A stretch of DNA of 39,260 bases, from assembly GCA_964639395.1 (NCBI GenBank), contig CAZXCT010000002.1, positions 11,925 through 51,184 of the forward strand, given 5' to 3'. A program made the translations under genes and the position numbers. Positions 29,579 to 37,032 of this stretch are shown here, piece after piece; position 1 is the stretch's first letter; the number at the start of each line of letters is the position of its first letter. The DNA comes from an uncultured Bifidobacterium sp. (GTDB lineage: Bacteria; Actinomycetota; Actinomycetes; S36-B12; UBA5976). Under the pieces are notes generated by a model. The model saw nothing but the letters and a program-made list of their open reading frames with translations. It was not told the origin of the DNA and searched no databases.

Positions 29579-29596
29579 AGTATCTGAAAGGATACT
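29579..29596 (+). promoter_or_regulatory. Hairpin AGTATC-TGAAAG-GATACT overlapping the putative RBS of the first nuclease gene
   Basis: A 6-bp perfect stem with a 6-nt loop, followed by ATTTTC and then the ATG at 29603. The only SD-like element (AAAGGA, 29587-29592) lies in the loop and 3' arm. Confidence 0.3.
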
Positions 29597-29602
29597 ATTT
29601 TC

Positions 29603-30496
29603 ATGGTTGAATTGGCAGTTGCCGTCGAAGATGTTGGGTCTGCCTTGCCAGCACATCTCTCGCCTAGCCAATTAAGCACATTTGAAAAGTGTCAATTAAG
29701 TTATTGGTTCTCATCTGTTGCCGGATGGCGCGAACCACCCCAACTGGCGCAAATTGCCGGAAGTCTAGTTCATGATGTTTTAGAGAATTTATTAAAACTT
29801 CCTGCTCCAGAAAGAAATCGAGATATTGCCTGGGATTTGTTGCGAGAAGTTGGCGCCACCTCAATCTCGGTTAATCAATCTTGGCTAACTGCTAGCGCCA
29901 TTTCTGAATTAAAATTTAAAAGTGCTGATTCTTTAACAAACTACTTCAAGCTAGAAGATCCAGCAAAAATAGAAGTTACTCATGAAGATCTCGAGAGACC
30001 CGTAAGTGCGATAGTTAAAGACGTCAAACTTTATGGAAGACTTGACAGAATCACTCGCAAACCCGTTGTGCGAATCAGTGACTATAAAACATCGAAAAAA
30101 CCTGATGCAAAATATTTACCTGAGACGCTGCGACAGGTGATGCTTTATGCCGCTGGCCTACAGCTACAAGGTGAGAAAGTAGATGAAGTTGAGTTAATTT
30201 ATCTGGGCTCAGCTGAAAGAGTTATCCGCCCCACCTATCCGCAAGCACTCGATCGGGCATTGGTTGATTTAGTGAACGCGCGATCAGAAATGGAATCTGC
30301 CCTAGTTCGCAAAGAGTGGATTGCTAAAACCGGACCGCTTTGCAGATACTGCGCTTTTGCTCCGGTATGTCCCGCAAAAAATGAAGCCGCGGCTACCCCC
30401 GGATCAGATCAGTCAAATCAAGCACTCACCTCACTTAAATTAGAAAAACGTTTAAGGACGAACTCTCAAACTGAGACGGGTCTTCCTTTTGAATAG
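29603..30496 (+). CDS. Stand-alone PD-(D/E)XK nuclease of the RecB/AddB/Cas4 type with a four-cysteine (4Fe-4S) signature
   Basis: 297 aa. LSPSQLSTFEKC(30), GRLD(148), ISD(160)YK(162), Q(178)VMLY(182) and C(247)RYC(250)AFAPVC(256)P. Confidence 0.85.
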   Translation: MVELAVAVEDVGSALPAHLSPSQLSTFEKCQLSYWFSSVAGWREPPQLAQIAGSLVHDVLENLLKLPAPERNRDIAWDLLREVGATSISVNQSWLTASAISELKFKSADSLTNYFKLEDPAKIEVTHEDLERPVSAIVKDVKLYGRLDRITRKPVVRISDYKTSKKPDAKYLPETLRQVMLYAAGLQLQGEKVDEVELIYLGSAERVIRPTYPQALDRALVDLVNARSEMESALVRKEWIAKTGPLCRYCAFAPVCPAKNEAAATPGSDQSNQALTSLKLEKRLRTNSQTETGLPFE

Positions 30497-32336
30497 TAAT
30501 CAAATTTCTGTTCCCCCTTGGCATCCCAGCTTTGTTCACAAGCCAGGTGACTTCATTAGATTGAGCGCAACTCAAATTGGTGTGTCCAGCGAGCGAGTAT
30601 GTTTAGATAATTTTGCATTAAAATCAAGACCAAATACTAAAGTAACAAATAGCTACGCTCCAGCAAGTAAAGAGCAATTTCATAGCTTTCCACTCGCCCT
30701 AGTGAAAGATATTTATGTAGCCAGCTTAAACGCAAAAGGATTAAATTTTAATAGCGACGAAGCAGCAGATTTCGTTGCTACAGATTATAAAAATATAATT
30801 AAACAAACTAAATCACAGATACATCCCGCCACAATCAAATGGATAGATGATGCCATCGCTGGTTTTGCTAAAGCCTGGCAGGACGCAAACGCAGAGTCAA
30901 CCGATAGCGAGTTGAAGCAGCTAATTGATCCGATGTATTTTGCTGATGCGGCTACGCCAGTCGAGTTATTTGCCTGGGGTATATTTCTTGCGTCTGAAGA
31001 TTACTCATTGCGCGAATTTAGAATTCTCAAAATACATTCAGCGGGCAAGTCGGAGCTAGATCCAAATCGACTCAAGAGCATTTTAAAGATTTTGGTTCAT
31101 GGTCAAGCTAACAGTGGAATTGATTACGCCACCCCTACTGAAAAAATTAACAATATTTGGCCGACCCCCACTCGAGTTCGAATACGGGAGCTGGCAGTGC
31201 TAGATGGCTCGCAAAAGTTGATCTACGATTCACTAGTCTCAGATGTTATTTTTGATGAAGATGATTTATTCCAAGAGATCGAAAAGCGTTTAGCCGGCGG
31301 GCAACAAAAAGTATCTACTGATTGCCTTAAGTGCAAAGCGCAAACTGTTTGCCCATCGCTTCCTACTAAAGCTGGTGTGCTTGGCGTAATTAATCGGGCG
31401 GATCGCCCAAAAAGTTTTTCTCCTTCAAAATTAAATTCCTATCTAAGGTGTAATCATGCCTATTTTTTACAACATGAATTGGCATTGCATGCTGTACCAA
31501 AACTGAGTACCGCTGCTCAAGAGCGCGGAATGCTGATACATGAATGGCTTGAACAGGCTCATTCCAGAAATATAAAGTGTAGTAAGTCTGATATTTCACC
31601 AGATGTTAACAATGAATCAATTTCTCAAATTTTAAATTGGACGCAGTTGCAAGTTGAGGCAACCAATGAATATTTGAAGCAGCACCTAAAGGCATGTCCC
31701 ATTAAAAATGATTCTGAATCTGTCCATGAAGTTGATATGTGGGTAATGGATTCTGACGCCTGGGTACTGGTAGGCACAAGGCCGGACTTGCTTTACACCG
31801 ATAAAAACACCTTGGTATGGCGTGAGGTCAAAACTACCGATAAAAAACTAGAGCTATCTTTGGATGCCTATCTAGATATGTATTCGCAGATTTCATTGGC
31901 AATTGTTTTAATGTCACGAGTTAAAAACTTGCCAAACTTAAAACCTGCTTGGAACGAACTTGCGAAAAGAAGAGTTGAATTAGAAATAGTTACAAAAGAA
32001 GATGTGCAAGTTATTAAGTTCGATATTTCCGACAGTGAAATCACAACTTCGGCTTGGAAGAAACTTGCCCAGCAAGCGGATCGTTGGATTGAAGACAAAG
32101 CGTTCATTCCAAGTCAAAATCCTCCCTGTCAGTGGTGCGCCTACTCGCAATGGTGCGAATTTGCTGACACGCAGTTGAGAATGGTTGAGATTGATGGGGT
32201 CAAAGTGGACGTGGCGACTGGCGAAATTTTGGGTCAAGCGAACGCTACCGCTGAGTCCGGTCAGATCGCTCGGGCTTTGGGATTGATTGCCACAATGGGT
32301 GAAGCTGCCGATTCACCTGATGACGTTCCGTTTTAA
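30489..32336 (+). CDS. Two-domain protein: degenerate Cys-cluster nuclease-like N-half plus apparently intact Cas4/AddB-type PD-(D/E)XK nuclease C-half; ends in DDVPF
   Basis: 615 aa. N-half: LSATQIGVSSERVC(38) and C(279)LKC(282)KAQTVC(288)P. C-half: SPSKLNSYLRC(321), IHEWLE, RPD(433), WRE(446)VK(448) and C(547)QWC(550)AYSQWC(556). TTG start overlaps the upstream gene by 8 nt. An in-frame stop at 30453-30455 excludes an earlier start. Confidence 0.75.
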   Translation: MNSNQISVPPWHPSFVHKPGDFIRLSATQIGVSSERVCLDNFALKSRPNTKVTNSYAPASKEQFHSFPLALVKDIYVASLNAKGLNFNSDEAADFVATDYKNIIKQTKSQIHPATIKWIDDAIAGFAKAWQDANAESTDSELKQLIDPMYFADAATPVELFAWGIFLASEDYSLREFRILKIHSAGKSELDPNRLKSILKILVHGQANSGIDYATPTEKINNIWPTPTRVRIRELAVLDGSQKLIYDSLVSDVIFDEDDLFQEIEKRLAGGQQKVSTDCLKCKAQTVCPSLPTKAGVLGVINRADRPKSFSPSKLNSYLRCNHAYFLQHELALHAVPKLSTAAQERGMLIHEWLEQAHSRNIKCSKSDISPDVNNESISQILNWTQLQVEATNEYLKQHLKACPIKNDSESVHEVDMWVMDSDAWVLVGTRPDLLYTDKNTLVWREVKTTDKKLELSLDAYLDMYSQISLAIVLMSRVKNLPNLKPAWNELAKRRVELEIVTKEDVQVIKFDISDSEITTSAWKKLAQQADRWIEDKAFIPSQNPPCQWCAYSQWCEFADTQLRMVEIDGVKVDVATGEILGQANATAESGQIARALGLIATMGEAADSPDDVPF

Positions 32337-32360
32337 ATTGGCTATGAATAGTATTTACTT

Positions 32361-33857
32361 ATGAGTACCACACTTCCCCATTCAGTTGCCAATCCAAATA
32401 ACACTAGAACGCAAGAACTACTCTCGCGTATCCCTACCGGTCTTTTAATCGGAAACCAATTTATTGCCGGAAGTGATCCTAAATTTTGCGTTTATGATCC
32501 AGCAAATGGTGAGGTGTTAACTGAAGTCGCCAATGCCAACGAGTCTGATTTAGCTGCTGCGCTAACGCTTGCTGCCGAGGCGCAACCACTTTGGGCAAAG
32601 ACGCCCCCAAGAGAGCGGGCTGAAGTTCTCAGAAGAGCATTTGAACTCATGGTGAAACAAGCCGATGATATTGCCTTAACGATGTCACTAGAAAATGGAA
32701 AAACCTTAGCGGACGCAAAAGCTGAGACTTTATATGCCGCTGAATTTTTTAGATGGTTTAGTGAAGAAGCAGTACGCATCGACGGTTCGTTTCGCACAGC
32801 ACCAAGTGGACTAAACAAAATTATCACATTGCGCCAGCCGGTAGGGGTAGCTTTTTTAATTACCCCATGGAACTTTCCTGCCGCAATGTTCACTCGAAAA
32901 GTAGGCCCAGCGATTGCTGCTGGTGCCGCCGCGATTTTAAAGCCGGCACAAGAAACGCCCTTAACTGCACTTTTAATCGGTGAAATATTGATTAAAGCCG
33001 GACTGCCAAGTGGGGTTTGTTCAATTTTGCCAACCACTAATTCTTCAAAACTCACAAAGGCCGCGCTAAGCGATGCCCGAATTAGAAAGTTATCGTTCAC
33101 TGGCTCTACTCAAGTTGGAAAGTTGTTACTTCAGCAAGCCGCAGCGCGCGTACTTAATACCTCAATGGAACTCGGTGGTAACGCTCCTTTCATTATTTTA
33201 GATGATGCCGATATTGATTTGGCGGTTGATGGAGCGATGTTGGCAAAAATGCGAAATGGTGGTCAGGCCTGTACCGCAGCAAATAGATTCTTTGTGCAAG
33301 ATGCAGTACACGATAAATTTGTACAACAACTTTCAATGCGAATGCAGTCACTTAAACCTGGCCACGGGATAGACGAACAAACCACTTTGGCCCCGCTGGT
33401 TAATCGTAAAGCGGTTGAGTCAATTGATCTATTGGTTAAGTCGGCGATTACAAGTGGAGCAAAACAGCATACGGGTGGCTCAATAAATGAAGGCCCCGGC
33501 AGTTTCTTTCCGGCAACCGTATTAGGTGATGTTCCATCACATGCGCAAATAGTGCAAGATGAAATATTCGGGCCAGTTGCTGCAGTTGTGCGAGTAAAAG
33601 ATGAATTTGAAGCAATCGCGTTAGCAAATTTGAGTGAGTTTGGATTGGCTGGTTATGTTTACACTAAAGATGTCGCTCGAGGTTTACGGGTTTCTCAAAG
33701 TTTAGAAGTCGGCATGGTCGGATTAAATCGTGGATTAGTTTCTGATCCGGCTGCCCCCTTCGGTGGAGTTAAGCAATCTGGAATCGGCCGCGAAGGTGGC
33801 TATGAGGGAATTGATGAATATCTAGAAGTAAAATATATTGCTACTAACGATTTTTAG
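32361..33857 (+). CDS. gabD: Aldehyde dehydrogenase family, most like succinate-semialdehyde dehydrogenase
   Basis: 498 aa. FLITPWNFP, SFTGSTQVG, ELGGNAPFII and GGQACTAANRFFV (catalytic Cys) motifs. Substrate specificity is inferred by resemblance only. Confidence 0.7.
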   Translation: MSTTLPHSVANPNNTRTQELLSRIPTGLLIGNQFIAGSDPKFCVYDPANGEVLTEVANANESDLAAALTLAAEAQPLWAKTPPRERAEVLRRAFELMVKQADDIALTMSLENGKTLADAKAETLYAAEFFRWFSEEAVRIDGSFRTAPSGLNKIITLRQPVGVAFLITPWNFPAAMFTRKVGPAIAAGAAAILKPAQETPLTALLIGEILIKAGLPSGVCSILPTTNSSKLTKAALSDARIRKLSFTGSTQVGKLLLQQAAARVLNTSMELGGNAPFIILDDADIDLAVDGAMLAKMRNGGQACTAANRFFVQDAVHDKFVQQLSMRMQSLKPGHGIDEQTTLAPLVNRKAVESIDLLVKSAITSGAKQHTGGSINEGPGSFFPATVLGDVPSHAQIVQDEIFGPVAAVVRVKDEFEAIALANLSEFGLAGYVYTKDVARGLRVSQSLEVGMVGLNRGLVSDPAAPFGGVKQSGIGREGGYEGIDEYLEVKYIATNDF

Positions 33858-34525
33858 TTCTCAATCGGGACATTTATTACCGGCACTTCTGGCGTACTAA
33901 CATCAATATCACCTGTGGCGGTGCGAAGTAAAACTCTCAAAACTGCCGCCTTATCGACAGGTTTTAGTTCATCCCCCCAATTGATTCGTCTTCCTGAATT
34001 TAGGATCACCGTGGCACTAACGCCATTTACGCTCTCTACTAGTGCTACCTCACCTATCAACCACTCCGGCAAGATTCGAGCTACGCGCGCTGCTAATCCT
34101 CGCGCTGAATTATTTGGTGCGGTAACAAATCGATATACGTCATTTGGCCCAGCTCTCGTGAAAGCTATTCCGTCCTCATCTACCAAATATCTTCCATCTG
34201 CTAAATCAGTGAGCGCGATTGGAACGCGTTCGCTTACTACTATCGCAACGGTATTCGGCCAGCCCCTTCTCACCTCAACAGTATTTATTGTTTTTAAGGA
34301 TGATATTTGAGAAGCGACAGCTACGCTATCTAGATTAATTAAGGGTGTATTTAACTCTATTTCTGCTAGCTGTAATAATTCTGCTTCATTTATCCGACCG
34401 AGGCCAGCTACTGTAACTTTATTGATTAAAAAAAGGTTTGAAAAAAAAAGACTATAAACCACTGCCCCGCTGGCTAGTAGTAAAACAATCAAGATAAAAA
34501 TTAATCGTTTGCCTCTGGCGGTCAT
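33854..34525 (-). CDS. ftsQ: Cell division protein FtsQ (POTRA domain)
   Basis: 223 aa. N-terminal TM helix, then INKVTVAGLGRINEAEL...VEVRRGWPNTVAIVVSERVPIA (POTRA). Lies downstream of murC as in dcw clusters. Confidence 0.88.
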   Translation of the reverse strand: MTARGKRLIFILIVLLLASGAVVYSLFFSNLFLINKVTVAGLGRINEAELLQLAEIELNTPLINLDSVAVASQISSLKTINTVEVRRGWPNTVAIVVSERVPIALTDLADGRYLVDEDGIAFTRAGPNDVYRFVTAPNNSARGLAARVARILPEWLIGEVALVESVNGVSATVILNSGRRINWGDELKPVDKAAVLRVLLRTATGDIDVSTPEVPVINVPIEN

Positions 34526-34543
34526 GAATTCCTTAATATTTTG

Positions 34544-35953
34544 TTAACTGGAGAATTTTTGTTCTAATAATTGCAATATTTCAGGGGTAAGCATTCCGAT
34601 ATCACCAGCACCTAAAGTCATAATTATGTCATTAGGTAGCGCAGGTGTTACCAATCGTTGCGCTACTTTTGACCAAGATGGTTCAAAAATTACATTCTCT
34701 TTTGCTAACGGAACAAACGAAGCCATGGTTTGACCGCTTGCTCCTGGAATAGGGTCTTCCCCTGGGGCAAATACTTCAAGCACAACAGCAATATCTGCTA
34801 GACCTAATGCTTCACCGAACTCCTTATTGAATAAGGCGGTTCGATAATAATGATGCGCTTGAAAGGCAACAATTATTCGTCCATTGCCAACCACCTCTCT
34901 CGCGGCTTTTAATGTTGCCGTGATTTCGGTTGGGTGATGAGCGTAGTCATCAAAAACTCTTACTTTATTTACACTTCCGCGATACTCAAACCTTCTTCTA
35001 GTACCAGTAAAATTTTTTAAAGCTTGCTTTATTTTCTCTAAATCAAAGCCAAGTCCAATACCAGCGGCCACCGCAGCACTTGCATTAAGTACGTTGTGCA
35101 TTCCCGGCACCGATAACTCAAACAACCCTAAATCATTATTTTTAAATTTTAAATTGAACTCATACCCTGGCAGTTTTGGTTGAACATTTGTTATTAACAA
35201 ATCAGCATCTAGGGTACCGTAAGTAATTAGGTCAATTGATTTAGTTGCTAAAGCTGCTAATTTCTTTGCGCCCAAATCATCCACGCAAATCACACCAAAC
35301 CCACTATTTTCTTTAACCTTGGTTACAAACTCTAAAAAGGCTGCTTCTAGTCTGTGAAAGTCTTTCCAATAATCTAAATGATCTGGTTCAACGTTTGTCA
35401 CGATTGCTACTTTGGGGTTTAACCATAAGAAGGATCCATCTGATTCGTCTGATTCCACAACGAACAAGTCCCCAGTGCCAAGATGCGCATTTGCCCCGGT
35501 CTCTGCTAGCTCACTTCCGATAACAAATGACGGATCTAGCCCACACTGCTGCAATGCCACAGTCACCATCGAGGTAGTTGTAGTTTTTCCGTGAGTTCCC
35601 GCCACGGCAATTGTGCGGTAATCGCTGGTTATTGCACTCAAGGCTTGTGCTCTTGAATAAATCGGCAAGTTAAGTTCTTTAGCTCTTTGAATTTCGACGT
35701 TAGTTTCTTTGATGGCGGTAGAGGCAACAATTGACTTATTTTTAGTTACATTCTCATCACTGTGGCCGATAAATACTTTTACTCCAAGATTTTTCAATGC
35801 GCTAAGTCTTCTCGAATCCTTTAAATCAGATCCAGAAACTGATTTTCCTTGCGCTATTAGTATTCGGGCAATTCCACTCATTCCCGCACCCCCTAATCCA
35901 AGAATGTGCACGTCATCGAGTGAAATCTTTTTATTCAAGCCACCCCGCCTCAA
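34544..35953 (-). CDS. murC: UDP-N-acetylmuramate--L-alanine ligase
   Basis: 469 aa. HILGLGGAGMSGIA, VAGTHGKTTTTSM and DDYAHHPTEI motifs. TTG start in a TTGA overlap with murG (exact start uncertain). Confidence 0.95.
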   Translation of the reverse strand: MRRGGLNKKISLDDVHILGLGGAGMSGIARILIAQGKSVSGSDLKDSRRLSALKNLGVKVFIGHSDENVTKNKSIVASTAIKETNVEIQRAKELNLPIYSRAQALSAITSDYRTIAVAGTHGKTTTTSMVTVALQQCGLDPSFVIGSELAETGANAHLGTGDLFVVESDESDGSFLWLNPKVAIVTNVEPDHLDYWKDFHRLEAAFLEFVTKVKENSGFGVICVDDLGAKKLAALATKSIDLITYGTLDADLLITNVQPKLPGYEFNLKFKNNDLGLFELSVPGMHNVLNASAAVAAGIGLGFDLEKIKQALKNFTGTRRRFEYRGSVNKVRVFDDYAHHPTEITATLKAAREVVGNGRIIVAFQAHHYYRTALFNKEFGEALGLADIAVVLEVFAPGEDPIPGASGQTMASFVPLAKENVIFEPSWSKVAQRLVTPALPNDIIMTLGAGDIGMLTPEILQLLEQKFSS

Positions 35954-37032
35954 TTAGATTTTCTACTAGCTAAGGCTAACGCGGATTTAGCCAAAATTTG
36001 GGCTGCCTCACGTCGTCCATAAGATTTACTTACTGTCTGCATCTGATTAAATCTTTGCGGTGAGGCAAATATTTCTTTTATTAGTGCGAAAAGTTTCTCA
36101 CCTGATAACTCATGATCATTAACTAGAAAAGCACCACCATTTTCAACAATCTCTTTAATATTTACTGACTGTTCGCCGTTTCCGCTCGCAAACGGAATAT
36201 ATATTGCAACCTTTTCAAGAGCAGTAACTTCAGCAACGGTCATGGCGCCAGATCGACTAATTACTAAATCAGCCACCGCATATGCCAGCTCCATCTGATC
36301 AATGTATGAGAATGGATGATAATTAGGATCAATATCGAATGATTTTTCAAATGGTTTATTTGGACCAACTGAATGCAATACTTGAAATCCAGCTGCCGTC
36401 ACTAAACCAATAATTTCATATAAAGCACTATTTATTTTCACTGCTCCTTGTGAGCCACCAAAAACTAAAATTGTTTTCTTATTTGGATCTAATTTAAACT
36501 TTGCTAAGGCCTCAGCTCTACTAGCGACGGGGTCAAAATTAACTATCGCCTCACGCAGTGGCATGCCAATTGTGATTGCCGACGGCAGTGAATTATCAAA
36601 GCATTGATAAACCAAATTAGCTTTTTTGGCAAAAAATCTATTTGCGATCCCTGCTTTTGCATTACCCTCATGAATTATTACTGGTATACGTAATTTTCTA
36701 GCAGCCACATAAACAGAAAACGAAACATATGCGCCAAAACCAACTACTAAATCCACTTTATTGTTTTTAAGGATTTTATATGCTTGATAACTTGACCTAA
36801 TTAAACTAATTATAAAAGTTACAGCACTTAAATTTATTCTTCTAGGAAACGCCTTTGCCGAGATCGTCGCTAAGCCAAATTCTGTATTAGGTACCAAGGT
36901 GGCCTCTAGCCCGGTTGGCGTTCCGATTAAAAATATATTCACTTGTTCATCAATAGCTTTAATTGCTCGTGCGGTTGCCAAGGCAGGTTCGATGTGGCCA
37001 GCTGTTCCCCCAGCCGCCAGCGCAATATTCAC
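35950..37032 (-). CDS. murG: Undecaprenyldiphospho-muramoylpentapeptide beta-N-acetylglucosaminyltransferase
   Basis: 360 aa. AAGGTAGHIEPALA, FGGSQGA and SRSGAMTVAE motifs. GTG start. Confidence 0.94.
   Translation of the reverse strand: MNIALAAGGTAGHIEPALATARAIKAIDEQVNIFLIGTPTGLEATLVPNTEFGLATISAKAFPRRINLSAVTFIISLIRSSYQAYKILKNNKVDLVVGFGAYVSFSVYVAARKLRIPVIIHEGNAKAGIANRFFAKKANLVYQCFDNSLPSAITIGMPLREAIVNFDPVASRAEALAKFKLDPNKKTILVFGGSQGAVKINSALYEIIGLVTAAGFQVLHSVGPNKPFEKSFDIDPNYHPFSYIDQMELAYAVADLVISRSGAMTVAEVTALEKVAIYIPFASGNGEQSVNIKEIVENGGAFLVNDHELSGEKLFALIKEIFASPQRFNQMQTVSKSYGRREAAQILAKSALALASRKSN

Noticed and set aside
30453-30496. Possibility that the two nuclease ORFs are one gene broken by a frameshift, or a programmed frameshift site.
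   Set aside because: ORF1 already contains a complete domain including its C-terminal Cys triad plus a 40-aa tail. ORF2 begins with its own N-terminal Cys motif. No slippery heptamer is evident in the 8-nt overlap. A sequencing error cannot be strictly excluded without reads.
31041-31052. AGKS in the 615-aa protein (residues 185-188) as a possible Walker A / P-loop, which would make it an ATPase-nuclease.
   Set aside because: The context LKIHSAGKS does not fit [AG]x4GK[ST], because Lys occupies the first position. No Walker B or helicase motifs follow.
32492-33100. Long antisense ORFs inside well-supported genes: 202 aa opposite gabD; also 8798-9232 opposite hisF, 33915-34310 opposite ftsQ, 18927-19256 opposite lspA, 25602-25943 opposite ftsZ, 15091-15393 and 16060-16323 opposite dnaE, and 193-399, 507-695 and 1826-2008 opposite gltB.
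   Set aside because: Their translations are low-complexity (Ala/Ser/Pro/Arg-rich) with no recognisable motifs. Each lies wholly within a gene whose product is clearly recognisable on the other strand. They are typical shadow ORFs.
26501-33857. Mobile-element or genomic-island hallmarks around the block that splits ftsQ and ftsZ (integrase, transposase, tRNA target, direct repeats), and CRISPR or tandem repeats anywhere in the window.
   Set aside because: None is visible by eye on either strand. Every ORF in the block has a metabolic or nuclease assignment, and the right junction is a 4-nt gene overlap. Short imperfect repeats would need a computational self-comparison to rule out.
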